Counted from the first letter of the stretch, positions 39,763-54,049 are shown. The stretch: DNA of 64,000 nt from Octopus vulgaris (GCA_951406725.2 OX597825.1:44454001-44518000), one strand, 5' to 3'. The notes: generated by a model not told the origin, from the letters alone. Numbers and translations: made by a program.

Positions 39763-40719
39763 CGTTCAAGTTATGTGTATATTCAATACTCATAAAACTT
39801 TGCCAAATGTGCTTGTTAAGATTTACTGATGGATACTGGAAAGTTTAAAGCCTCATGGTATCTAGTAGTTTCAGCTACGGCAGGAATTTTCTTACTGCGA
39901 ATCTTTGAAATATGAGGAAATATAGGGAACAAATTGGTCTGAGAGTAGAGTAAAGTTTGTGACTGGTCTAATTTGGAGTGACATGTTTTATTTGTTGGTA
40001 CTTATTTTTGTATATTTTAGTGCATTGATGCAGGGAAATGAGCGGTAGGAACGGTGAATAAAATTGATATTTGTCTGTCAGGATGAGGGGTTCTCTTAAG
40101 TGAAGTGATAGAATAGGAAATGAGCGTTGGTAGTATAATTTAACTGTGGGTGAAGAAGTTTTGGGTTCCAATTTATCTTGAACGAAACTAAGGTCTTCGA
40201 GTGAAATAGGCTGGAACCAAATCAAAACTATTTAAATTATCTATGGGCAAAGTGTAGTTTTTTTTTCTTTTCAGAGTTTGTGTTGGGATGTGAAACCGGA
40301 AGCCATGTGTTTGTTTATGAGCGACAGGAGTGTTACGAAAGGGCATCAGTTATTTCAATATTGATGCATCGATAAACATACAAACTCGCATTTTCATATT
40401 GCGACAAATAGAGTTCACCACAAACACAAACTAGCTTTCTCTATAAAGGAACGGGAAGAAGTGCTCACCTGCATCAACACTCAGCCAAACAGTAACTGTA
40501 GCATGAGTAGTAACAGCACCTATAACAATAACGACCACAGCATAAATTCTCATTTCGTACTGGCCCTTTTGCGACCTACATGTTCTGAGCTGACACTTTC
40601 CATTACGTCTCACTTTGATCACTGATCCTAGACTTGCATTCTTCTTCTTCACGTCGAACGAAATGTTTAGCAGATTTCTACTGGTTTTACGTTCTGTGTT
40701 CAAATTCCGCCGAAGTGGA

Positions 40720-41990
40720 GTTTAAGGAATACAAGACCCTAGACATGGACCTTAGACAAAAACAAAATGAAAAAGAGGTGTCATACAGACAAGAACAAGT
40801 GATTAGAAGAGAAAGGAAGAGGAGCGGGAAAATCAGCAAGAATGATTAAAAAAAAAATTGTAAAAGAGTTGTCTGGGACTAGAAGTTGCTCCGATATACC
40901 GACCAAAGCAAAAACTAGCCAATTATTGATGACAAACGAAATTGGCAAGATGGAGGGAATATTTTCAGGAGTTACTGAACCAGCTTACTCCAGCCACTCT
41001 CCTAGACTTTGAACAGAAAATGAAAATGGTGGATCGACCAGAGGTATTTATCGATGACCTTTCACGGTATGAGGAAGATAAAGAACAAGGTAGGGGACTT
41101 AATGAGGGGACTGCAGAGCCACTAAAACACTGAGAATATATAGTAAAGAAGGAACTCACACATCTTTGCTCGTTACTGTGCCAGAATCAAAAGCGGAAAC
41201 ACTGCCATGTTCGTGATTTTCACGGGTGTATTCTGTGGTCGCTTTTGTTCTTGTTAATGATCAACTTTATTACAAAACGGTCCATATCTCGACGTTTGAG
41301 ATAAGCTGGAGATTCACGAATGTTAACTTTACAGACAATATCAGTCAGCTCAGTGATATTCCTGAAATCATACAAGAGAAGGCAGCAAGTGTTTGTGACT
41401 TCAGCACCCGACGTGGTCTCCGTTTCAACTGCTGAAAGACGAACGCCTTATACGGAGGTGAAAATCGACCAAAACACCCAGGTGTACAAAATATTGAATT
41501 TGTGGGTTCTTTGACATACTTAGACAGTTACATTGACAGATATGGAGAAGCAGAAATTGATGTCAGAACTAGACTTGGCAAAGCGATGGCAGTTTTCCAA
41601 CGATTGAAACCAGTATGCTTATGCTTTCTCACGCCAAGGGATAAAACTTTATCAATACATAACCAACGGTATTGTATGCATGCGACCCACCAAGACGGGC
41701 GAATAATATTTGCAATATGGTAAATGCTTTTTTTATCGCAGATACCTTAGCATTATCCTGAAGATCACTCAGCGTGACCTAACCACAAGCAACATCATTA
41801 GAACTTAAGATATTATCACAGACGGAGGAAAGAGGTTGTTTGGCCATGTATTGCTCTTACAGCCAAGGAAGGAAAAAGAGAGGCAGACCGGTGAGAAAGT
41901 GGGAAAGGAATGAGTGGTGAGACTTAACTGAGATGGTTAACTTTCATCAAAGGATGCTCTTTGAGAATTCTCATCACTAGATGGTCTTTG
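40720..41990 (+). mobile_element. RTE-clade LINE relic, heavily deleted
   Basis: ARWREYFQELLN, YLDSYIDRYGEAEIDVRTRLGKAMAVFQRLKPV. Confidence 0.7.
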
Positions 41991-42024
41991 ACCGAAGCGA
42001 GACATCAGCATTATTATTATTATT

Positions 42025-42240
42025 AAGGCGGTAAGCTGGCAGAATCGTTAGCACGCTGGACGAAATGCTTAACGGTATTTCGCCCGTCTCGACGTTCTAA
42101 GTTCATATTCCGCTGTGGTTGACTTTGTCTTTCATCTTTCCGGAGTCGTTGAATTAGGTACCAGTCAAACACTGGAATCGATGTAATTAACTAGTCCCGT
42201 CCCACAAAATTCAGGCCTTGTGCATTCAGTAGAAAGGATT
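42025..42240 (+). mobile_element. SINE family B
   Basis: aaggcggtaagctggcagaatcgttagcacg.. Confidence 0.87.
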
Positions 42241-42355
42241 ATCTCTTTATCACAAGTTTTTTTGGAGCTCCTGGAGTCTTGCATGCACAGCGGGCTTATC
42301 TGCAGCATATGGTACCATGCTATTCGTTCTTTTCAGCTATCTATTATTATTATCG

Positions 42356-42903
42356 AGTGAGAGATCAGTGCATGCTATCAAAGTGACATTGGGGTAAAAT
42401 ATACGAAGCCCAGTATACCCATCATGACAACCCGTCTGCTAAGGGTACACTAGGAACATGCATCACAACCATATGTGTGCGACATGGTGATCTCATATCA
42501 AGATAAACAGCACATGACCTTGCAGGTGGGGCCCAGTTAGAATTTTCTTCTGGTCGAGTAGCCCATCCTGCTCAAAAGGTCCCTGAATAAGGATTGTTTA
42601 AGGATGTTCAACGAAACACCCATGTTTCCAGAGGTGAATTATTCAAACCCCAAAGAATCCCTCTCAACACATGGCTATGATGCTACCCCACTACTTCTCC
42701 ACTTGATCAGAGATGCACATATCGTCATCCACTAAGGGACATGCTCAACTGGTTACGGTCAAACAACCGACAAGCAAATATGTGGTATTGAGCAGAATAT
42801 TTGCTGTAGCCCATCTTTTATACCAAGACAAAACAATGTATATGATGACACTTCCAATCAGTTAAGATTAGAAGACCCACTGCCTGGTACTGCATCAGGG
42901 CAT
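42356..42903 (-). mobile_element. ~545-bp non-coding retroposon, copy 2 (full), between ATT tracts
   Basis: Aligns with the other copies; ATT repeats on both sides. Confidence 0.88.
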
Positions 42904-42905
42904 TC

Positions 42906-42987
<82 letters not shown>

Positions 42988-43007
42988 ATTATTATTATTA
43001 TTATTAT

Positions 43008-45420
43008 TTATTGTCTTTGCACATCTAAGGCCGAAGATGTACTACGGTGTCAGCTGTTCACTACCAGGTAACTAAGGTAACACCCCTTATTTTTCGAGCA
43101 GCATCCGGAGTATTCGAGCGATTCCAAGTAGTGCTGTTTTCCAAGTGCTCCACCCTTATTGCAGCCCCTATTTGTTCCACGTATTATCATCATCATCATC
43201 ATCATCATAATTATTATTTCGCTAGTGCATGCTAATTTAGTTAGCAAGTATTTTATCTCGGGGTTCGGTGGCATCAGGTTTCCTCAAGTTTCAAGAATCT
43301 TCCTAAGGATTCTGGCACAATATAGGCTGGCACTTTTCTGCGTGTCGATAATGCGAGTTTCAGTTCCAATCTCTTTCAGTCTTTTATGTAGCATTTAGGG
43401 TGATGTGTCACCAATTACCATGGGAATAATTGTTTTCCACACTTTTCCTTAATTATCTGACTAGATCCTGATATTTTCCAGTATTTTCAAAATTTGGGTA
43501 TCGACTCTGCAATGAGAAGGAATTGCAAAACCTATAATCTTACAGTGTTTGTTTATTTTGTCCTCTATTCTTCTATAACTATATCTCGTCTTCTTGTTTC
43601 AGCATATATGGGGAAGTTCCACAAGAACCTGTAGTTCTCATTTCCTATTACAGCCTCTGATTAGTGTTCACACTACTTTTCTGGTATTTTGAAGTCAGAT
43701 ATTAGACAAACATCCCAATGCAATCTTTTGCCTACACAGTCACACTTGCGCATATACTCTCTTTGTGCAAGTACGATTGCACTCAATCAAAAGGTAATTG
43801 ATAGTTTTGTCTCCTCTCCTGCAGATTCTATATTTGCTGTCCGATTAAATGTTGTCGATCTTTGCCATTTCTTATTTTATTCTTTTACTTGTTTCAGTAA
43901 TTTGACTACAGCCATGTTGAAGCACCGCTTTGAAGGGGTTTTAGTTGAAGAAATCGAACCCAGGGCTCCTTTTTCTAAGCCTAGTATCGAATTCATTTGC
44001 TGAACTGCTAGATAACGGAGACGTAAACACACCAACACCAGTTGTTAAGCGGTTGTGGGGACAAACACAGACACAAAGACACCCAGACATAGATTCACAA
44101 CACACACACATACATATATATATATATACGACAGGCTTCTTTTAGTTTCCGTCTACCAAACATACTCAGGAGGCTTGGTCGGCCCGAGAAGGCACTTGCC
44201 CAAGATGCCACGCCATGGGACTGAAGACGGAACCATGTGTTTGGGAAGCAAGCTTCTTACCACACAGTCATGCCTGCACCTATATCAGATTTATTCAAAT
44301 GACTTGTTCCTGAGCGGATAAAATTAGCATTTCGGTCTCTCGTTTCAAGTTCCCGTTCCTCAAACTTAGCCAACGTTCTTTACTTCCGATATTCTCGGTT
44401 TGTTGCATGAATTGGCCATGTAGTTCTGCTTCTTAACATTTGTTCGTTCTGTTGTTCGTTGAATTTTCTTTGAATTCCTTTACTATTTCAGTCACTCTTT
44501 CAGTATCTCTAGCTGTCGATAGCGTTCTTTATTTACTCTTCACAATGTAATATTTTAGACTCAGTCTCGCAGTATTAACAGGGCCTTCTGCGTTTAATAA
44601 TTCTCTGCGATCTTTTTTTGATAGATAGAATCGGTCTGTATTACTTTTAGGATGGACTGCATTGTACATTGTGAGAAGCTTTCTAGTTCTTCCATCCTAA
44701 TTCTATAGCTCACCCTTTGTCCTTTTCAGACAAAAAGCAGATTATCTCAGTACTGGCATAGCCGAAGTATTTATGGCTTTAATGACGTTCCCGGCATTTA
44801 ATTTTACCTTCTTAATTCTCCTCTAATACTCTTTGTGATTTCATTTTGATTTCTCTTTCCATTATCCTATCGTCTTGCAACACTTTGAGATACTATTATC
44901 CCTTATTATTCCACAGCGATCTCATAACGTTGTCTTGTGGTAACTTTATGCCATCAGGGTTTACCTTTCAGACTTTACAATTAGCACTTCACACTTATTT
45001 ACCCCAAATTACATTCTAATATCTTTACTGTTTGGATTAAAGAATCCATGTCTGTCTCATTTTGGTATATAGTTTGTCATCCATATAAAGTAGGCGACTT
45101 ATTTTCATCTTGGAATTTATAAACTCATTATCAACCCTGGATTTTCTCAGTATATTTGTCAGAGGTATTAGCGCAATGACGAGGAGTAACGGAGAGAGCA
45201 AGAGTCTCTGGAAAATGTCCCTGCGTATTTGCATGTAAGTTCTACTTCCCACAATCTCATTACTTTATCCAAAATGTTCTTTATCAGACACTCCAAGAGT
45301 TAGCTGCGTGGAACATTCTCGTAAACTTTCCTGTAATTTATCCATCCAACAGCTAGTCTTCTTTATTACTCGTATCACATTTAATAGCCTGTAATTTATA
45401 AATTGCCAGCAAGGACACAG
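43008..45420 (-). mobile_element. R4/Dong-like LINE relic(s) interrupted by SINE A
   Basis: DIFQRLLLSPLLLVIALIPLTNILRK, LLYMDD; 3' end 43047-43185 homologous to 32395-32510. Confidence 0.78.
43872..44281 (-). mobile_element. SINE family A
   Basis: Plus strand ..ggaaccatgtgtttgggaagcaagcttcttaccacacag. Confidence 0.85.
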
Positions 45421-45739
45421 TATTTCGTTTTGCAACCATAATATACTACCAAGTATATTAAAGGTTTACGAGTCAATATTGTGCCTTACTTTTATGTTAG
45501 ACGTGCGAGGTCTCATTATCTCTATGAAGTCGTTTCGTATACGAATACGCCTATGTAAACAATGCAATCGAAGATAGAAAAACAAGTAAATGAGTGCATA
45601 ACCTTCACCGTTACCAGTTCCAACCTCATTCACGCAATTGTTCGATATATTTTTATCTGATACTTCCACACGTAGAGAGAGCTGTGGTGTTTTACTTGAG
45701 ATACAGTCACTTGAAGGGTTGCTGGCCAAAGCTAAGGAG

Positions 45740-46890
45740 CCCTCTTCCCATAAGACATACATAACACCGGTCAATATGCTGAGCAGCATTTGGTATTCTC
45801 TCTACTGATACCCTGCCTTTGCCTTTCTTAATATTAAATCGAAGGAGATTACCCTTATCACAAATACTAAAGGAGATAACGAGTCTCCTTGGAAAATTCC
45901 TCTCTTGAGATTAACTTTCCCTAAGGCTGTATCACCTGGTTAGAGATCTACTTTCCATTCCTTCATGCTATAGCTAATTGTGTTATCAGCAATACTAAAG
46001 ATTCTCAAATATTTACTTATCCATGAGTGTGGAATCATATCATAAGCTTTCTCATAAGCTATCCTTGCTATTGTTAAATTTTTCTTTCTAGATTTCACTT
46101 CATTTGGGATTGTTTTCTCTCTACATATATAATACATCATGCCTTCCTCTAGCCTTCTTCCTATAACCTTCTGTTCTTCTGGAGGTAAATTCTGGTTCTC
46201 AATGTGCTTATAAATGCTTTCTGAGAGCATTCCTATTAACAGCCTCCATACTAATGGTAAGAAAGTGATTGGTCTATAATTACTAGCTATATTTCTCTTG
46301 ATTTTGTCTTGCATAAGAAGAACTGTTCTCCTTGTCATATAATTAGGTACTTCTCCATTCAGGCAATCCTGAAATTGTTCCTTCAGTCTCCCATTTAAGC
46401 TGCTAGACTTCTTTAACCAGTACTCTTGAACTGAAGATGGTCCTGGACTCTTCCAATTAGGCATTCTTCCTAACACTTTATTCATTAATGCACTAGTTAG
46501 TCTTAGATCTGGCTGATTCTCATGGACAACTTCCTCCCTTACTTTCTTTAACCATGCTGCATCTCCATTATCATTATTTGGTTTATTACAAATATCAGTC
46601 CAGAACTTTCGAGCTTCTTGTGCATTAGCGTTCTCATCTTGAGTCCTTTCTTCTACGCTATGTATTTGGCGATAACATCTCTGGTCTGCCTCAAACAACC
46701 TGTTCTGTTGATACTTTTTTAGTGATACCTGGAAAGCTTACCTGCTATACACTGTTTCAGCTCTTCCATGACAATCCCAAATCCTTTCTCTTTGACTAAG
46801 TATTTTTTCCCAAGAGTAAATTTAAATCTTGTATTTCCTAACTGTCCTGTTTCCAGGCTTCTATTCTACTCACGTCTTGTCTTAAACTCT
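45740..46890 (-). mobile_element. R4/Dong-like LINE RT fragment
   Basis: [43 protein letters not shown]. Confidence 0.88.
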
Positions 46891-46904
46891 TCACTTTATT
46901 CTCT

Positions 46905-48520
46905 TGAAGAACACCAGGAACAGCAACAACGCCAACAACACCAGCAGTATATGCACCACCACTGATTTCGACTTTAAAAAATAATAACAGCGGAAACAAA
47001 ACACACAGGGTCTCTCCCAATAAAATTCCCCTATTCGATCCCCCTCTCCGTCTCCTCTAAACTCAAATACATAGATAGTCTCGCATCCAGCTTCCAGATA
47101 CAGATATCTCTGCATCACGCAGTGAAAAATGAACCAAAAGAAAACTCTGCACGCACACACACACACACACACACACCGAAAATTATAGAAAACACACTAC
47201 AAAATCACTAAAAACTCCAGCAATGCAATTGTCAACACATCCAGCACTGTCACAACCAGCGCCACCAAGACTACCAAAACAGCAATAATCCAGAGAAAAG
47301 AAACCACACCCCAACAGCTACACCCAACCACATAAACACAAAACTTCCTGCTAGTGAGGAGGGCCAACAAAGAATTGGAGGCCCTCATAACACGAAGAGA
47401 TGACATTGAAAGAGAAGGTATGATCTTCTGCACCAGCAGGGTCCTCTTGATACATATGAAACATTAGGGAGAGTTTACCTCACGACGTGGCAGCACCTAA
47501 TGTAAGAGCTACCAGTAAGTTTGAAGGTTTCAAAAGGAACCCCATCCAATTATGGAGGTTGAACTACCCGACTTCCAGCAGCACCAGGTGGCTAAGTACA
47601 CATCCTTTCTTTCTTGTTTCTTTTCCAAACATTTTGTGGTCATCATGGCAGGTTTAAGAGTAGATTTTTAAAATGTTATGGCCTGGGGTCACCTTGAAAG
47701 CAAGGCCGCCTGCTAAACAACCTCAGGTCACTAGCTATAGATAGGTTGTCAGTTACACCAGTATTTCTTACACACTCAATATAGCCCCTATTTTTTACGA
47801 TTTTGTGATCTATGTATCTCCTAGTCGGCCTGGGCTGGGAAGCGTGATTGCTGTTGCTGTTTAGGAAAGGCCTGACTCTTCAAGTACGGACGATCTTCCT
47901 GGAACCGGATGGTAATTTGGTTGTTTGGGATATCAGCAATAGTAAATTTAGTGCTTTTAGACTAGTCGCTGTTTACTCCCCAGCTAGGGCGGGGAAGCCA
48001 GATTTCTTCAGATGTTTGGAGGTGTTTCTTAGAACATCTCACTCTTTAGTGCTAGTGGACGATTGGAAAGCCATCTTGGATGCACGCCGAGATAGTCGGG
48101 TATAGCTTGATAGGACAGGGGGTATAAAAGCCTCACAAACCTGCTTAGTCGCTTCCAATTGACCGATAGGTGCCGACTCGATTTCCTGAATGTGCCATTG
48201 TGGACATGGAAAAATATCATCGGGTCTTCCAGATCGTATCTAGATTTTGTAGGTCTGCAGATAGAAGTAGGGTATGTTGTCCACAATTCAAAGTCGTCGG
48301 CTACACAGACCACAGTCCAGTCAACATAGATAGGATCCATAGACAAGGCCTCAGATACTGTAACCTGAACGCATCTTTTGGCGCGTCAAGTATTCAGAGA
48401 CTGAGTTAACAATAAGCCCATGAGAAGTTGTCGGGTGAATCCCCACCATCCGATGGTGGATAGCTCTTTTCCAAGCTATTAGAGTAGAAGCAGTAGGGTT
48501 TAGTAAAGAAATAGTGTTAG
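46905..48520 (+). mobile_element. Tx1/L1-like LINE relic (ORF1-like end plus APE endonuclease)
   Basis: VRTIFLEPDGNLVVWDI..FRLVAVYSP..FFRCLEVFL..LVLVDDWKAILD, VGYTDH; paralog of 9500-11215. Confidence 0.75.
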
Positions 48521-48559
48521 AGGAATGTAGGATAAAGGGAGAGCCAGTTAGGAAGACTA

Positions 48560-48800
48560 TTCTGATCTTTCTCCCTTTCTCCTTCTCTCTGTCCCTTTCT
48601 CTCCCCTCTTTGTCCCTTTTCTCTCCTTCTCTCTGTCCCTTTCTCTCTCCCACTCTCTCTCCTCCTCTCTTCCATCTCTCTTCCCCTCTCTCTCCTTCTG
48701 TTTGTCTATCTTCGTCTCTTTCCCCCTCTCTCTCTCCTTCTGTTTATCAATCTTCGTCTCTCTCTCCCTCTCTCTCTCCTTCCTGCATTCTTTTTTCTCA
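48560..48800. repeat. Polypyrimidine (CT-rich) low-complexity tract
   Basis: Directly visible. Confidence 0.9.
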
Positions 48801-50214
48801 TAATCAGGTTCGAAGCACCGAGAAGTCATGGAAGGACAGTCACTACCTAAATTTTTTTTCGCGAGATGAAGACAAGTTGAACAAGGGTTTAATAATATCT
48901 TCTAATCTAGCATGGTGGATATGAAGGGACCTATGTAGTATTGGACGGCGGTAGACAATTTAAAAAAAAATCCCAGTAAGCTGCATTTGCATGCTCTCTT
49001 CAACTCGCAATGAAATTTAATTCAATGCATTTTTACAGCTAATACATGGATATAAAAGTCTCTTTATAATTTTTTTCCCCCAGTAAATTTGTAAACTTGC
49101 AAGATTGTAAGATTTTAGTTGTCACAGATTTTCCGTAATTGACCTAAATTCAAAGCTACTTTTAAGATCAAATCAAATCAATGAATGTTTTTAAAAATCT
49201 AGAAACCATAACAAAACTCAACTGCAATAAGAAATGGAAAGCAAATGACTTGATAAATAACTTGCGTGAGAATTACATTCATTGCGTAAGAATATTTTAG
49301 TCGAAGTTCGTAAAAGTGAATTGTTTAAATGAAGGACATTAGTTTTTGGACTGTGTGCATTTGTAGACACCGAAAAGTTGTTGCCATGTTACTCTTTGAC
49401 CTAATTGTAAGTGTTAGTGACATTTTCGATGAAAATCTTGTATTTCTCCAGTTGACTTTCTTACATTAACCAAGTATGTTTTTTATTGCAACAAGAAACA
49501 AAGCAAAACAAATTGTTAACAAAAACATAACAAAGTAAAAAAAAAAATAAAACCAAGTCTTTCAACCATTATTCCCGAAAGTAGAAATATAAACATTGTA
49601 AATGAAATAGACCAACGAAACTAACACATAATGGAAGGCAATGGCATTCGAGAGGTGGGGTAAGGAAGGAATGTTCTAGACTCTGCTTTAGTTTTGTAGT
49701 ATCTCATCCACGAAATGTTAAAAAGCCCAAACTTCATCCAATGACCTTTCAGACTTCAAAATTACTTAAAATTGTTTTTGTTTGACTTACTCCACTGGAA
49801 ATAATATCTCTTAACATTATCGATTTCTTTCATAGGCACTAGTCCTTAGTCGCATAAATGCTTATGCTGCTTCTTTGCTTCATAAGCATGAACATAATGT
49901 AATTTTATTATGACTATCTTCTTTTGTTTCCATTTCTGACAGAATTACACGTACAGCTTCCAGAAATTCAGAAACATGACTTCGTTTCCCGAGAAAATAT
50001 ATGAACATCTATTTATTCTAATATGTATAACACCATTATTTTCGACTAGGCGAGGAATATGGATATCAATTGCCTTTCTCTCTCCCTTATAACTAATACC
50101 TTGCAATTGCAAGAATATTGCATATGATGATACCGTCAGATAGAGATTGCTTCAGCAGACTTCGAAAGATATGGAAGTCAGAGCTACTTACATTCAATAA
50201 ATCTATATCTATAT

Positions 50215-50515
<301 letters not shown>

Positions 50516-50534
50516 AACAAAAATAAAACAAAAT

Positions 50535-51600
50535 GCTTTCGCAGTGCCAGTACCAAAATTTAGCATTCTAGACTGGACACGTGAAGTAATCTGCAACTTC
50601 GACATGTAAACTGAGAATGTACTTGACATGGACTGGAAGATTCTACATCAAAAGTAACGTTGATAGAATTCATGTAAAGCAGGGAGATGGAGGTAGAAAG
50701 ATTAGATCAGTCCAGACGGCCTTTAAGTGAAATGCAATACCTACTGAACAATAAAGAGAGAAATAAATACATCTCATGCATACCCTACAGTGAAAGCAAT
50801 AACACTGTGAGGCTAGGTGGAAAACTCCTGAACAAATACTAGGCACAACTGTTCCATGTGAATCAAGAGTCGCTGGAGTGGCCTCATTAGAAAACTATGC
50901 ATGGGTTTATGTTCCACTGACTGGAAAATGTTAGCAGCATTTACAGGAATAGTAACTTCCCCAGACATACTATAAGTACATTACATCCCATCAGAAGGTT
51001 ATATCATTGCTATCCGAGAACAGGAGACAGCTCCTAAATACCTAACCAATAAAAGTGATATGGATGTCTCTAAACCTCCATGTTGTGTCGATTATTCTGA
51101 ACCAGTGTGGAAAATATCACTCATTTCATCAGTTGCTGCCTAAAAATCTTTACAAGATGCTACCTTCCTATGAGGAATGACAAGGTTGTCAAGACGGTTT
51201 GGGCATCAGAACCAGAGAGTAGCTACGACCTTAAAAATAAAATAAAAATACTGAAGGAGCATTCCGTTAGAACAGCAACCTGACCTCAGAACAAGAAGCC
51301 AGATGTGGGACAGGGACCAAAAATCATGCAACAGAGATCAGCTGCCCAGCAAATATGACTGCGGAAAATGGGAGCATTTACGGAGAATTAATGAAAAACT
51401 CACCACTCTTATATCCAGGCAAAAGAATTCCTATTGTTCATAGGTGCAATAGTCTATGAAACAACTAATCAGCATAGAAACTCAGAAATGATAGGGTTCT
51501 CAAAAAAATAGACTAGACTGATTCCTTTGTTCCAGATACATTCGGTCAGAGGAACAGTGAACATTTGTTAACGTTTCGGGAATCCTTCATTGGAGGCATC
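50535..51600 (+). mobile_element. R4/Dong-like LINE relic on the plus strand
   Basis: Homologous to 62560-63965: ggtagaaagattagatcagtccagacggccttt, IIAIREQE..KYL, YLPMRNDKV. Confidence 0.75.
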
Positions 51601-52634
51601 TTCATAAAACATATACACACAGCCAAATATAAAATACATAACATATACATACTTGTGTTCTGTTAAGACATCCACACCCACGAGTGTAAGTTTATCCACA
51701 CGCTCATACTTGAGCAAAACACGCACGTATACAGGCATATATCAAGCAATTCAGGTAACTACAATCTCCAAAAACTATCTTAACTAAACCAAGAGTCTTC
51801 CTAGCGACGAGCTTGAATTCTTCAAAGGAAGAAACTTAAAATAAATCCGAAACACACACACCCATACGCCCGCACGCACGCGCGCTCACACACACATATA
51901 TAGAACAATTAGTGATGTATATATATATATGTGTGTGTGTATATGTGTATGTATGTGTATACATGTGTATATATATGTACATATATGTGTGTGTATATGT
52001 ATATGTGTGTACGCATCTGTGTATATAGATGTATGTGTGTACGCATACGTGTATATAGATATTCATGTGTATGAATGTGTGTATATGAATATATATATAT
52101 ATATAGAGAGAGAGAGAGGGAGCGAGAGAGAGAGAGTAAAATCTATTTGCCAACGTAAATTGGCAGTCCTGTTACTACTTCTCGCTCAGAGATTTAAAAA
52201 TAAAAGGGATTTAAAGTAAAAGTAAGCAAAAGCGGACGGACGGCGTAGCTACGACAACTCTTTGAAACTTGATTTTTTTTCTTAAAGGAGGAATTGACTA
52301 TTTTATTTATAATCTTTATCATCTTAATCAAATAGCAGGAACACGTAGAAACTGAGTTTTTATATAATATACATATGGAAATGTCACTGTCACTAAAGGT
52401 GACCTACGGCGCAATGAGTACCAGCATTGCTAGAAATAGAAGTCAAAGACTCCTTAGCCACTAAAAGTTACATGTTCTATTTGGACTGACAGGGGAGACA
52501 ATATCTCTCCACTGTGAGCAAGCTGCATTAGATTAACATGCAAATTTCGTATAAGGAATTAATTCTCGTCAGTAATACTTGCTCCATCACGGGCGGTGAG
52601 GCTGAAATCAACGCTGTCAACCTGATTCAGGTAT

Positions 52635-52846
52635 CTGGAAGCAATTTAAAACCAAAACGGAAATAACCACCGTCACCAAAAGTGACCTAGGATGAAATGA
52701 GTACCAGCATTGCTAGAAATAGAAGTCAGAGATTCCTTGGGCACGAAAGGTCACATGTTCTATTTGGACAGTGAGCTGCATTAAATTAATAGGGTCACTT
52801 TTAGTGAAGATGAATTATTTCTTTTTTGGTTTTAAATTGCTTCCAG
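52635..52846. mobile_element. MITE-like element with ~54-bp imperfect TIRs; diverged partial copy at 52385-52537
   Basis: ctggaagcaatttaaaaccaaaa..aaaagtgacc matched by its reverse complement at 52791-52846. Confidence 0.7.
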
Positions 52847-52866
52847 CAACCATTATTATTATTATT

Positions 52867-53397
52867 GAGTGAGAGAGCAGTGCATGCCATCAAAGTGACA
52901 CTGGGGTAAAATATACGAAGCCCAGTATACCCATCATGACTACCCGTCTGATAAGAGTACACTAGGCACATGCATCACAAACTTATGTGCGCGACATGGT
53001 GATCTCATATCAAGATAAACAGCACATGACCTTGCAGGTGGGGCCCAGTTAGAATTTTCTTCTGGTCGAGTAGCCCATCCTGCTCAAAAGGTCCCTGAAT
53101 AAGGGTTGTTTAAGGATGTTCAACGAAACGCCCATGTTTCCAGAGGCCCATGTTTCCACATGGCTATGATGCTCCCCACCCACTTCTGCTTGTGATCAGA
53201 GATGCACGTATCGTCATCCACTAAGGGACATGCTCAACTGGTTAAGGTCAAACAACTGACAAGCAAATCTGTGGTATTGAGCAGAATATTTGCTGTAGCC
53301 CATCTTTTATACCAAGACAAAACAATGTACATGATAACACTTCCAATCAGTTAAGATCAGAGGTCATGAGAGTCACTGCCTGGTACTGCATCAGGGC
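52867..53397 (-). mobile_element. ~545-bp non-coding retroposon, copy 3, fused to 5S sequence
   Basis: Aligns with the other copies; (TAA)n tail at 52852-52866. Confidence 0.88.
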
Positions 53398-53400
53398 TTT

Positions 53401-53522
53401 AGACGTTTACAGCACCTAGGTTTCCCAAGCGGCCACCCATCTAAGTACTAACTAAACTTGACTTTGCTTAACTTCGGTGATCGGACGAAAAACGATGTTT
53501 TCAAAGTGATATGGCCGTAAAC
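53401..53522 (-). pseudogene. Full-length 5S rRNA-derived copy (probable pseudogene)
   Basis: GTTTACGGCCATATCAC..TCGTCCGATCACCGAAGTTAAGC..TTAGTACTTAGATGGGTGGCCGCTTGGGAA..GTGCTGTAAAC; helix I pairs; internal T5 run and no 3' oligo-T terminator. Confidence 0.9.
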
Positions 53523-53523
53523 T

Positions 53524-53591
53524 AGACGTTTACAGCACCTAGGATTCCCAAGCGGTCACCCATCTAAGAACTAACTAGGCTCGACTTTACT
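53524..53591 (-). pseudogene. 5S rRNA 3' half, in tandem with the full copy
   Basis: AGTCGAGCCTAGTTAGTTCTTAGATGGGTGACCGCTTGGGAATCCTAGGTGCTGTAAAC. Confidence 0.85.
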
Positions 53592-53650
53592 TTATAGTTA
53601 CACAAACATATATATCTATATACACACACACACACACACACGCACGCACG

Positions 53651-53748
<98 letters not shown>

Positions 53749-53749
53749 C

Positions 53750-53950
53750 ACACACATAAAGATTTTAATTGAAAGACCAGATGTTGTTTCTGTCTTTCTT
53801 CAGTAAAATTTATAATTGCATTTCTAGGACTTGCTCTGTTGTATTCATTAAGGAATAGTAGTATGGATGATGTCAACTTGTTTTTATTGAAATTCTTGAT
53901 GTTTTCTAAAGAAGGTTTTTTTTAGTTAACTATACGCCCACACAGCAATT
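53750..53950. repeat. ~200-bp dispersed repeat, near-identical to 57055-57255; diverged copy at 56716-56895
   Basis: ataaagattttaattgaaagaccagatg..tatacgcccacacagcaatt; about 3 differences seen. Confidence 0.9.
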
Positions 53951-54013
53951 AACTTCAAAGTGATATGGCCATAAACATGTAATATGGCCGTAAACAGTGA
54001 TATGGCCGTAAAC
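53949..54013 (-). pseudogene. Three tandem 5S rRNA 5' stubs (about 17-23 nt each)
   Basis: GTTTACGGCCATATCAC-like unit occurs 3 times. Confidence 0.8.

Positions 54014-54048
<35 letters not shown>

Positions 54049-54049
<1 letters not shown>

Noticed and set aside
51800-51838. Hammerhead-like gcgacgag..gaagaaac hairpin
   Set aside because: No helix III or NUH site and no stem I.
53401-53522. Functional 5S rRNA gene
   Set aside because: Internal T5 run, altered C-box region, no terminator or spacer, and retroposon context; called a pseudogene instead.
53949-54013. CRISPR-like short direct repeats
   Set aside because: They are 5S 5' stubs without unique spacers, in eukaryotic DNA with no cas genes.
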